From the IMG/VR virus record IMGVR_UViG_3300037510_000220, positions 1 to 55,877 of that record: a DNA stretch of 55,877 bases, one strand, 5' to 3'. Below are positions 17,861-25,342 of this stretch, in pieces. This stretch comes from a virus. Taxonomy: Duplodnaviria; Caudoviricetes. The translations under genes were made by a program, and so were the position numbers. The notes beneath the pieces were generated by a model that was not told where the DNA came from, made no database searches, and saw only the letters and a list, made by a program, of their open reading frames with translations. Position 1 is the stretch's first letter; each line of letters opens with the position of its first letter.

Positions 17861-17890
17861 TTGCATCAAATGCAAAACTGTGCGCATAAT
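17861..17890 (+). promoter_or_regulatory. Internal promoter with TTGCA-N5-TGCAA palindrome over -35
   Basis: TTGCAT-18-CATAAT; same palindrome at 16842-16856 and 15443-15457. Confidence 0.5.
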
Positions 17891-17939
17891 ATCGAATGCG
17901 CTTCACTCAATCCACCCGAACAACTACGGCCTAGCTTAA

Positions 17940-18016
17940 GCCGCCGTAGCTCCAATGGTAGAGCGCTCCTTTCGTAAGGGTGAGGTTGCAGGTTCAAGTC
18001 CGTGCCGGTGGCACCA
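17940..18016 (+). tRNA. tRNA-Thr(CGT), second copy, bulged T-stem
   Basis: Loop TTCGTAA, ACCA. Confidence 0.8.
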
Positions 18017-18022
18017 CACACT

Positions 18023-18098
18023 AGTCTTGTAGCTCAGTTGGTAGAGCGCCGGCCTGTTAAGCCGGATGTCCTAGGTTCGAGCCCTAGCTTGACTGCCA
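18023..18098 (+). tRNA. tRNA-Asn(GTT)
   Basis: CCGGC-CTGTTAA-GCCGG, GCCA; two acceptor mismatches. Confidence 0.85.
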
Positions 18099-18101
18099 AA
18101 C

Positions 18102-18206
18102 ATGAAACTCATCGAACTGTTCGCCGCATTTCTTGGAGCCATCTGCGGGCTGGCCATGCGGCTGATTGACTGGACGCTCGGCAGGCGAAGAACCTTCTTC
18201 GACTAA
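18102..18206 (+). CDS. Possible 34-aa membrane peptide between tRNAs
   Basis: MKLIELFAAFLGAICGLAMRLIDWTLGRRRTFFD; no clear RBS. Confidence 0.3.
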   Translation: MKLIELFAAFLGAICGLAMRLIDWTLGRRRTFFD

Positions 18207-18216
18207 GCGCCTCATG

Positions 18217-18290
18217 GCGCCCTTAGCTCAGCGGATCAGAGCAGCCGGCTTCTACCCGGCGGGTCGGGGGTTCGAGTCCCTCAGGGCGCG
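18217..18290 (+). tRNA. tRNA-Arg(TCT), no encoded CCA
   Basis: GCCGG-CTTCTAC-CCGGC; GCGCCCT/AGGGCGC acceptor. Confidence 0.88.
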
Positions 18291-18297
18291 TCAGGCA

Positions 18298-18729
18298 TCA
18301 GGCGGATTTCCAGTTCATTTGCGATAGCACGGCCTTGATGCAAGCGACACTGACACCGAATCTGGCTGCCAAGTCTTTTTTCATCACCACGCGAGGCTTG
18401 TAGTCGCGACGAATCGCCCGAACGTCATCAACGGTTAACTTCGGGCGCGCGCCATGCGGCATGTCTTTGGTCCGGTTTTTCTCACCGACGATAATTTGCA
18501 CGTTGCCGATGCAATACCCAATTTCGCTAACGCGGCGATCCATCTGATACTCACCATGTCTGCGACCACGCTGCGCATACTTCCCAGAAGCGGCCCAAAC
18601 CGACGCCCACTCTTCGAACGTCAGATCCCATGAAATACCACGACGCTTTGCGTTCGATCTGGCATTGGTAAAATCGCGGCGGCGTGGTTCCGCGGCAGAT
18701 GGCGTAAAATTCTGTGCAACCATGCTCAC
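18298..18729 (-). CDS. HNH-like endonuclease with C-terminal HTH
   Basis: NAKRRGISWDLTFEEW..MDR..GYCIGNV..N; KLTVDDVRAIR..LAARFGVS. Confidence 0.8.
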   Translation of the reverse strand: MSMVAQNFTPSAAEPRRRDFTNARSNAKRRGISWDLTFEEWASVWAASGKYAQRGRRHGEYQMDRRVSEIGYCIGNVQIIVGEKNRTKDMPHGARPKLTVDDVRAIRRDYKPRVVMKKDLAARFGVSVACIKAVLSQMNWKSA

Positions 18730-18810
18730 TCCTTAATAGTGACTTGGCCAGGGGGTCGCGGTGTTGGTAGCACCGCGCGCCTCCGATTTTACTGTATGAA
18801 CAGACAGCTA

Positions 18811-20022
18811 TCAAGCGCCAATCTTCAGGCTTACCCACTCTGATTTTGTTTTTGGTGGCGAGCGATCAACTTGAACAGGCATGCGATATGTAATTCCGTA
18901 TCGAGGATGGGTAAGCCAAAGCGCCTGCTGTGGAGGCTCAAACCCGAAATTGTTCGAATACGCATATTCGTCCATTCCCTTCAAGCTTCCGTTCACGATG
19001 AGCCTGGTCAAGTGGATGTACTGATGCCAGTGTCCAAGTAACATCGTCTCATATGCCATGTCAACCTGGGCGTTCCTAGAGCGCTTCTTGTGGTCGCCGC
19101 GGATGATCGGCCCCAGTGCCCCAATCACGCCATCACCGCCCCGGAACTGGTCGCCATGGGTAAGCAGGTAGCGGTGGCTGTAGATGCGGTAGTAGGCATC
19201 CGGCCCATCGGGGATGAAGAAGGTAACCCGTCGATCGCCTTCGAAATGCTTGGCCAAAAAGCAGTAGAGCAGCCAGTCGAAAGAGGTGTGGTTGCGACCC
19301 TTGCTCCAAATCTTGTGCGTGTCGCGGCCGTGGTTTCCACCTACACATGGAAGGAAGACGCGCCCGAAGGTATCGGCCAGGAGTTTGATGAGCGCCACCA
19401 GGTGCCCGAATAAATCCAGGACGGTAGGCATGGTCTGGAGTTCGTTGGACGCCTGCAATTCCTCGTGGATGTTGCCGCTGATCATGTCACCGCCAAGGGC
19501 GCAGACGATGCCCGGATACTCCATCTTTGGGCTGATGATGCGTAGGAGTTCAATCGCGGTTTCGGCCGCAGACTTGAGCCGGCGCCGAGCAATTTCCAGG
19601 TTGTACTCGTTGACGCCATTGATCTCGCTCGGGTGAACCACTTCGCCCCAATGCAAATCCGACAGGAACAGGGTCGGCACGCCTGGCGCCGATTCCTTGG
19701 TTGGAGATTTCAAGGTCCAATTGGGCGGCGTGAACTGCTCTACCTGCTGCTGTAGCCCGATGATCTGCCGGCGGATCGCCTCTTGGTCAAGGTGCTTTTC
19801 CTTAAGTGACGCCAGCTCAGAGCGCATGCGCTTGGCCTCGACCTTGAGCAGATCATGGTCCACGTTTGGCCCTGCGGATGCCCTGGCGCGATGGAGGCGT
19901 GACTTGTATGTTTCCCGAGACAGGCCGAGGAGCTTGGCGGCCTCAGTCTGGCTGCCATGCGCCTGTTCAAGCGCGGCGATGGCCTCCCTCTTCTGTTCCT
20001 CACTCAAACCGTGGGCGGGCAT
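18811..20022 (-). CDS. N-terminal HTH + calcineurin-like metallophosphoesterase
   Basis: SDLHWG, GGDMISG, GNHGR, THGD, GHWH. Confidence 0.85.
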   Translation of the reverse strand: MPAHGLSEEQKREAIAALEQAHGSQTEAAKLLGLSRETYKSRLHRARASAGPNVDHDLLKVEAKRMRSELASLKEKHLDQEAIRRQIIGLQQQVEQFTPPNWTLKSPTKESAPGVPTLFLSDLHWGEVVHPSEINGVNEYNLEIARRRLKSAAETAIELLRIISPKMEYPGIVCALGGDMISGNIHEELQASNELQTMPTVLDLFGHLVALIKLLADTFGRVFLPCVGGNHGRDTHKIWSKGRNHTSFDWLLYCFLAKHFEGDRRVTFFIPDGPDAYYRIYSHRYLLTHGDQFRGGDGVIGALGPIIRGDHKKRSRNAQVDMAYETMLLGHWHQYIHLTRLIVNGSLKGMDEYAYSNNFGFEPPQQALWLTHPRYGITYRMPVQVDRSPPKTKSEWVSLKIGA

Positions 20023-20282
20023 GCAGCCTCCTTCTTCGTCTGGCGCTTGCGCCGTAGTGGTTTCATTGACTTGACCATGCCTCTGGGGATCTGAAAGCGG
20101 CCGTTTACCCAGGCCCCGTCAGTGGTACTCGCGATGACGATGTGTTGCTCCGTCTGATTGACGAGAAAGCCGACCGTCTTCACAAGCTGCGCAACCGGCT
20201 TTTCGTCGGCCGGGCTCCAGTCGGCTGGCAAATTTGCGGCGTCGTCCCAGATGATCTCCACCAACTCAAAGGGGATGTTCAC
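20004..20282 (-). CDS. Hypothetical phage protein
   Basis: VEIIWDDA..TVGFLV..IPRGMV. Confidence 0.7.
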   Translation of the reverse strand: MNIPFELVEIIWDDAANLPADWSPADEKPVAQLVKTVGFLVNQTEQHIVIASTTDGAWVNGRFQIPRGMVKSMKPLRRKRQTKKEAACPPTV

Positions 20283-20794
20283 TTGACGACGGCCTGCTCT
20301 CGCACCCACTCTTGCAGTGCTGTCAGTTTGTCGGCGTTGCGATGGCAGGCGCCGTAGTTGTCGGTGACGGTTTGTAGGGCTTCAGGGGACGTAGTTTCTC
20401 CGCCGGCTCCATCAGCGCTGCCGGGGGCTTCGGAAATGGCACCAAGGGCGGCGCGGTCGTGCAGGCGCACCCAATCAGCGTCAAGGACAAGGCGAGGGGC
20501 GGTTTCCACATAGCGAGTTACCTCTTTCTGGACTTCCTGGGTGACGGTCCGGGTTTTCCCTTGGACCTCGATGTATTCCTTGATGACGCGCTCCGTGACG
20601 GCGCCCTGCTTGACGATGATCTTCTGTGCTTGCAGGGCCTGCTCTGCTTGGTAGTCGGTAAGCTTCCGGGTGCCGTGCTCGTTGCCCTTGACCCAGCCGA
20701 AAACGACGAGAGCGGCCACCAGGAGAGCGTAGGCCAGGACGCGCCAGGCCCACGCCGGCATGCCGGGGACGGCGGCGGTGAGGAGCGCGAACAT
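20279..20794 (-). CDS. i-spanin (Rz-like)
   Basis: N-terminal TM, coiled coil, NY..C..N..L..LQEW; follows endolysin. Confidence 0.8.
   Translation of the reverse strand: MFALLTAAVPGMPAWAWRVLAYALLVAALVVFGWVKGNEHGTRKLTDYQAEQALQAQKIIVKQGAVTERVIKEYIEVQGKTRTVTQEVQKEVTRYVETAPRLVLDADWVRLHDRAALGAISEAPGSADGAGGETTSPEALQTVTDNYGACHRNADKLTALQEWVREQAVVK
20323..20511 (-). CDS. o-spanin (Rz1-like lipoprotein) embedded in i-spanin
   Basis: Lipobox LIGC, Pro-rich. Confidence 0.65.
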   Translation of the reverse strand: MWKPPLALSLTLIGCACTTAPPLVPFPKPPAALMEPAEKLRPLKPYKPSPTTTAPAIATPTN

Positions 20795-21354
20795 CAGCCC
20801 TCTCCCAGCACGTGCTTGGCCTTGTCCCACAGCAATAGCCGGTCGGGCATGCCGTTGTAGCCGCCGTTGATTTTGCGGGTGATCTCGCGGAAGTCGTCGG
20901 CATCGGCCAGGGCGTTGAGGTTGCGGCTATCCCAGAACCAGCCCGCGGACATTGCTGCATCCCCTGGTTCACACAGGGACTTGGGGTTGCGCAGGAAGAC
21001 TTGCGGGTCATCAGGATAGAGCGCCAGCCCTGCGGCCAGGTGGTTGTCGTAGCCGGTGATCTGGATCAACCCATGCCCTTTGAAATAGGGGCCTGGCAGC
21101 GTCGATCCTGCCCACTGATAGGCGTCCGGCTTCGTGTTTCCGAGGTCAGCCCGGCCGTTGTAGGTGTGTCCGTCCGCCAGCTCCTGGACGTACATCAGCC
21201 GCCCGCTTTCGTGGCCGACCTGGGCCAAGAAAGCCGCCTGCCGGGCCGGCGTGCTGATGTCGTATCGCCGCATCGCCGCATTCAGTGGCTCGCAGAAGGT
21301 GGCGGCGCGCTCGGCCGAGCAGCCGTAGATGTGTTGGAGTTGATCGGGGGTCAT
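20794..21354 (-). CDS. Glycoside hydrolase family 19 endolysin
   Basis: AFLAQVGHESG, GHGLIQITG, INGGYNG. Confidence 0.92.
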   Translation of the reverse strand: MTPDQLQHIYGCSAERAATFCEPLNAAMRRYDISTPARQAAFLAQVGHESGRLMYVQELADGHTYNGRADLGNTKPDAYQWAGSTLPGPYFKGHGLIQITGYDNHLAAGLALYPDDPQVFLRNPKSLCEPGDAAMSAGWFWDSRNLNALADADDFREITRKINGGYNGMPDRLLLWDKAKHVLGEG

Positions 21355-21545
21355 ACTTCCCTCCCCTTCACAGGATTGCACGTCATCGTGTAGCCGACAA
21401 CACGTTTGTCTCGCGTCAGGCGCTGTTCCGCCGCCTCGCGTATTTCCGGTAGGTGGGCCTCGCACTCGGCCTGCGATTTGGCCGGCGAAACGAATTCCTC
21501 GTATTGGCCGCCCGAGAACATGAGAACTACGACTAGTAGGTACAT
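21351..21545 (-). CDS. Small hypothetical protein
   Basis: GAGG RBS; two Cys. Confidence 0.55.
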   Translation of the reverse strand: MYLLVVVLMFSGGQYEEFVSPAKSQAECEAHLPEIREAAEQRLTRDKRVVGYTMTCNPVKGREV

Positions 21546-21547
21546 GG

Positions 21548-21817
21548 CTACCTCAGCATGAAAGAAGGCGCACCCGCGCGCCAGTTGTCTCGGGAGCCCA
21601 GGAGATATAGAGCGGCCCCGAGAAGGAGTCCGACTTGTGGCCATGCAGCGCGCCCTTGGGTGGCCTCGAATCCAGCGGCGAGAGCACCTAGCGCGATGCA
21701 GGCAAAGAACGCGACCCAGAGCGTCTTGTGCGTCTTGATGCTCATGTGGATGAGCCGACATCCAGAGGTCAGGAGAACGACAATGGATAGGCAAATGGTG
21801 ATGGCGTGCAGCATCAT
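21548..21817 (-). CDS. Membrane protein (holin/antiholin candidate)
   Basis: Three hydrophobic segments; lysis cassette. Confidence 0.6.
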   Translation of the reverse strand: MMLHAITICLSIVVLLTSGCRLIHMSIKTHKTLWVAFFACIALGALAAGFEATQGRAAWPQVGLLLGAALYLLGSRDNWRAGAPSFMLR

Positions 21818-22164
21818 TCGCTCGCTTTCTTGATACGGGCCTGCAAGCCCTCGATGGCGGCCGTGAGAAGAGGTTTTGCACCGGCCCCGGCGACCAGGCA
21901 CGCGACAATCAAAGCCGACTCCCCGCCGCCCAGCCATGCCGCGGCAGCGTTCCCCCCTGCACCACCGACGACGCCAGAGGCGAACACGGTCAGAAAGGCC
22001 CGGCCTCGTGTCTCGGGAGAGGTGAAGATCAGCGCGGCGACAGCTCCGAGGAAGCTCCAGAGCAGGGCGAGATAAGGTAATCCAGTCAGGGCCAGCGTCG
22101 CGGCCGTTACGCTTGAAGCGATGACTTGCGCACCAGAGGAGGCGGCGTGTTCCGGAAAACTCAT
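21814..22164 (-). CDS. Putative holin
   Basis: Multiple TM segments upstream of endolysin. Confidence 0.6.
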   Translation of the reverse strand: MSFPEHAASSGAQVIASSVTAATLALTGLPYLALLWSFLGAVAALIFTSPETRGRAFLTVFASGVVGGAGGNAAAAWLGGGESALIVACLVAGAGAKPLLTAAIEGLQARIKKASE

Positions 22165-22291
22165 GACATCTCTTTCTGCTAAGCTGGCGGTCCCCGATCG
22201 GGGGGAGGGGCCTAGTCCTAGCTCAATGGTTGGTCATTGGGAGAAGGGGCCTGCGTCAACAGGTCGCCCCTCTTTTACTGCGGACACAAAA

Positions 22292-23095
22292 ATGAAAAAC
22301 GCGATCTACCAGCTATGTCCTCCGCTGATCTGGAATTTCCTCAAGCGACATTTCTCGCCCCCAATACCCGTTCCTCCCGCTCCAGAGGTCAGGCTCTACG
22401 GAAACATTGGCAACTTCGCCACCTTTGAAGAGGTGGCCATGGAATGCGGCCCCGGCTATCGCAATCCCGCGATCCTGGAGAGGACGGCGAAAAACACGGC
22501 GGCGATACAGCGGCAAACTATGATTTCGCAGTTGAACATTCGCCTGCTCGCGGCTCTTCAATACGTAGGAGCCATGCATATCTGCGACTTTGGTGGTGCT
22601 TTGGGAGCGCACTACTTCCACCTTCGGCATCTCCTGAACATCGAACGATGGACAGTCGTGGAACTTGAAGAGACGGTGCGATTGGGTACCGAGCGCTTTG
22701 CCGATGGCGTGCTCGATTTTTCGACGATCATGGAACCCGCGCCCGTCATCCTCAGTAGCGGCTCCCTTCAATACACGCCCGACCCGCATGCGCAGCTTCA
22801 GGCCTTGATCGACATGAATCCCGACTTCCTTGTCCTTGACAAAGTGCCCATCCTCTCCGAGCAACGCATCACCATGCAGCGTGTCCACCCTTCCCTGTTC
22901 GGGGAGGAGATTCTGCTGCCGTGCATGTTCTTTTCCGAGGAGAAATTGCGGGCGCAGTTGTCCAGCATGAGGCTGGTCATGGAGTGGGGATTGCCCGACT
23001 ACCAGCCTTTTCTCGACGGCGTTCAACATGATGCGTTTCATGGGTTTGTACTCAGACGTGACGCCCGGATGGGTCGAAGGCATCGAGCAAGTTGA
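22292..23095 (+). CDS. SAM-dependent methyltransferase, TIGR04325-like (moron)
   Basis: ICDFGGALGAHY, WTVVE, SGSLQY; opposite strand to late operon. Confidence 0.75.
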   Translation: MKNAIYQLCPPLIWNFLKRHFSPPIPVPPAPEVRLYGNIGNFATFEEVAMECGPGYRNPAILERTAKNTAAIQRQTMISQLNIRLLAALQYVGAMHICDFGGALGAHYFHLRHLLNIERWTVVELEETVRLGTERFADGVLDFSTIMEPAPVILSSGSLQYTPDPHAQLQALIDMNPDFLVLDKVPILSEQRITMQRVHPSLFGEEILLPCMFFSEEKLRAQLSSMRLVMEWGLPDYQPFLDGVQHDAFHGFVLRRDARMGRRHRAS

Positions 23096-23384
23096 CGGCG
23101 AACCAGATGGCCACGACTTTCCGCCACCCATCGCCGGCCGCCAGGCGCTTGAGCCGGGCAGTTACCAAGCCCTCCTTCGGCAACTCAAGGAACAGGAAGG
23201 TGCAGACGGTCATGTTCAGCAGGCAGTCCAGCGCGAGGCCGACGAAGAGGACGGGGTAGCCCATCACCTTGGCCGGGAGTGTCAGCTTGCCGGCGTCCTT
23301 TGCGCGCTTGAGGTTCATCACCGCTAGGTAGAAGATCCAGGTGGCGTAGAGCAGGGCGAAGCCCTTGGCAATGAGTTCAAGCAT
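23052..23384 (-). CDS. Hypothetical membrane protein
   Basis: Hydrophobic; LLDAFDPSGRH C-terminus. Confidence 0.7.
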   Translation of the reverse strand: MLELIAKGFALLYATWIFYLAVMNLKRAKDAGKLTLPAKVMGYPVLFVGLALDCLLNMTVCTFLFLELPKEGLVTARLKRLAAGDGWRKVVAIWFAVNLLDAFDPSGRHV

Positions 23385-23386
23385 GG

Positions 23387-23803
23387 CTACTCCGGAAGTA
23401 GCTGCGCGCGCAGCGGGATGATTTGGTTTTCGACGGGCAGCACCTTGGCGATCTGATCGTCCGCTTTGGCCGTGATCTGATCGAGTTGCGCATTGATCGC
23501 GGCTGCGGTGGGCGCTGGCACAGCCGGACCGAGGCCGGTAATGATCAGTTTCGATGTCGCCGCCAGTGCCTTAAACGCGGTGCAGTACCCCACGATTGAT
23601 TCCCGCAGGGCGCGCTGAGTCACCAGGTTGGCTGACTCGATGGCGAAGATTTGGGCTTTGATCGAAGCGTTGAGGCCGCCATCAACAAGCACCCATTGCT
23701 CCCCATCCCACGTATGAAATGGCGACGGCCGCTCAGGAACCTCCTGGTCGCCAGGCAATGCCTCGCCGCCGTGGTATCCGTTGGAGCCGATCCAGAAGCT
23801 CAT
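23387..23803 (-). CDS. Tail fibre assembly-like protein
   Basis: PERPSPFHTWDGEQW; follows tail fibre. Confidence 0.6.
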   Translation of the reverse strand: MSFWIGSNGYHGGEALPGDQEVPERPSPFHTWDGEQWVLVDGGLNASIKAQIFAIESANLVTQRALRESIVGYCTAFKALAATSKLIITGLGPAVPAPTAAAINAQLDQITAKADDQIAKVLPVENQIIPLRAQLLPE

Positions 23804-25245
23804 TACCAGCCCCGCTCGACGTAGAATTCCAGCGACCAGTTGGCGGCCGTCATGGACGTGCCGATACCAGTGGTTTTGTGCGCGAACTGAAGACCAGAGG
23901 CCGAGAAAACCAATGTGAAATTGTTGCGCGTCACTGCGTAGCTGACGTTTCGGCCGCCGGCATCGTAGGAGTAGAGAACCTGGACACGATCCCCAACCGA
24001 ATACCCGCCTTCAACGTTTTTACAGAGTGCAAACACCAGCATCTTCGTCGGTGTGACGCCGAGGTTCGAATTGAACGAGTACGGCGTTCCCGCAGCGATC
24101 GCTACCTGCGTGTTGCTGTAGCGGCCGAGAATTTGGTACCAGGTGATCGCCGTCACAACAGCGCCGGCAACGGTGACTTCGCCGACATAGACGCGGAAGG
24201 TCTGGGCGGCGGTAGCGCCGTTGCCGACCTGCCCCGTCATCTGCTGGATGTTGAAAGTGAACTGGCCGCTCGTCGTGGAGAATGCCCCGCCCCATTGATA
24301 GACCGGGACAAGAGTTCCTGAGCCGGTCGTGCAAGTACCGTCAGCGGCGATGTCCAGATACAGGTACATCGTGCCGTTGGTTGACAACCCAGTCCACGAT
24401 GGGTTGACGATAGAGCCGACGCGATCGACTGCGGAGAACGTGGAAGAGAATCCATTCGCCGCGGCAACGATCAGCGTGCCGGCTGCTGTAACCGTTGTGG
24501 TGCCGGTTGCCCCACCAAACGCCGAGAATCCAGAGGCATCGACCGGGCCGGACAATACGGTTTGCCTGACCGGGCATGGCACACTGTTGATGGTTGGCAC
24601 ACCGCCTGGATAGGTGATCTTGACGGCATTCCCACCCGTCAAAGGCAGCGACGTATTCGTCGAGGAAATGATGCCGTAGAAGACCGACGACAACCCAGAA
24701 TCCAAAGCTCCTGAATCGAGGGATACGGTGATGGTTGTCAGGGCCGCAAATGCGGATGCGGTAATGGTCCCGTAGACCGTCCCAGCGGTTACAGTGAATC
24801 GAAGACGCCGGCCGACATGGAACGTTGAGGTCTGATCACCAACAAGCGTAAACTGGGTGGCATTGAGGAATGTCGGCGTCGGCCCGGTGATCCACTGGTC
24901 GATCGTGGTCGAGGTGTCGTTGATGCCCTGCAGGAAGTCGCCAAGCGTCTGCCCGGAGGTGGGGGGGTCGATGGGAACCGAAGGATTCGACGGGTCCGGG
25001 GGCTCAAGGAAAGCCTTGTACGTCGAGCCGCTGACGAAGTAGATTTCATTCGGCACCTCACCCAGGCTGTTCAACTGGATGGGGTTCGGGTTGGCAACGG
25101 TGCCAGTCGAGTCGGTGTAGGTGTTTTGCTTGGTGTTGACCGACCCACCAACGTAGAAGAACAGCCAATACCCGGACAGCGGCAGGCCGTCAGTGCCGAC
25201 GAATTGGCGTTTGGGGCCGAAGCTTGATAGTCTGACGGTTGCCAT
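23803..25245 (-). CDS. Tail fibre/spike protein
   Basis: Podoviral N-terminus (DGLPLSG..NPNPIQLNSLGE), Thr/Gly-rich beta body. Confidence 0.8.
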   Translation of the reverse strand: MATVRLSSFGPKRQFVGTDGLPLSGYWLFFYVGGSVNTKQNTYTDSTGTVANPNPIQLNSLGEVPNEIYFVSGSTYKAFLEPPDPSNPSVPIDPPTSGQTLGDFLQGINDTSTTIDQWITGPTPTFLNATQFTLVGDQTSTFHVGRRLRFTVTAGTVYGTITASAFAALTTITVSLDSGALDSGLSSVFYGIISSTNTSLPLTGGNAVKITYPGGVPTINSVPCPVRQTVLSGPVDASGFSAFGGATGTTTVTAAGTLIVAAANGFSSTFSAVDRVGSIVNPSWTGLSTNGTMYLYLDIAADGTCTTGSGTLVPVYQWGGAFSTTSGQFTFNIQQMTGQVGNGATAAQTFRVYVGEVTVAGAVVTAITWYQILGRYSNTQVAIAAGTPYSFNSNLGVTPTKMLVFALCKNVEGGYSVGDRVQVLYSYDAGGRNVSYAVTRNNFTLVFSASGLQFAHKTTGIGTSMTAANWSLEFYVERGW

Positions 25246-25342
25246 CTGCGTTCCGATATAATTGGTTCACTGCTTATTTCTGGTGCTGACCATGTCCACC
25301 GAGCAAATCATTGCCTGCGTCCTAGCCCCTGCCTTCTGGGAA

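Noticed and set aside
23803-25245. Diversity-generating retroelement target
   Set aside because: No reverse transcriptase or TR/VR repeat pair seen
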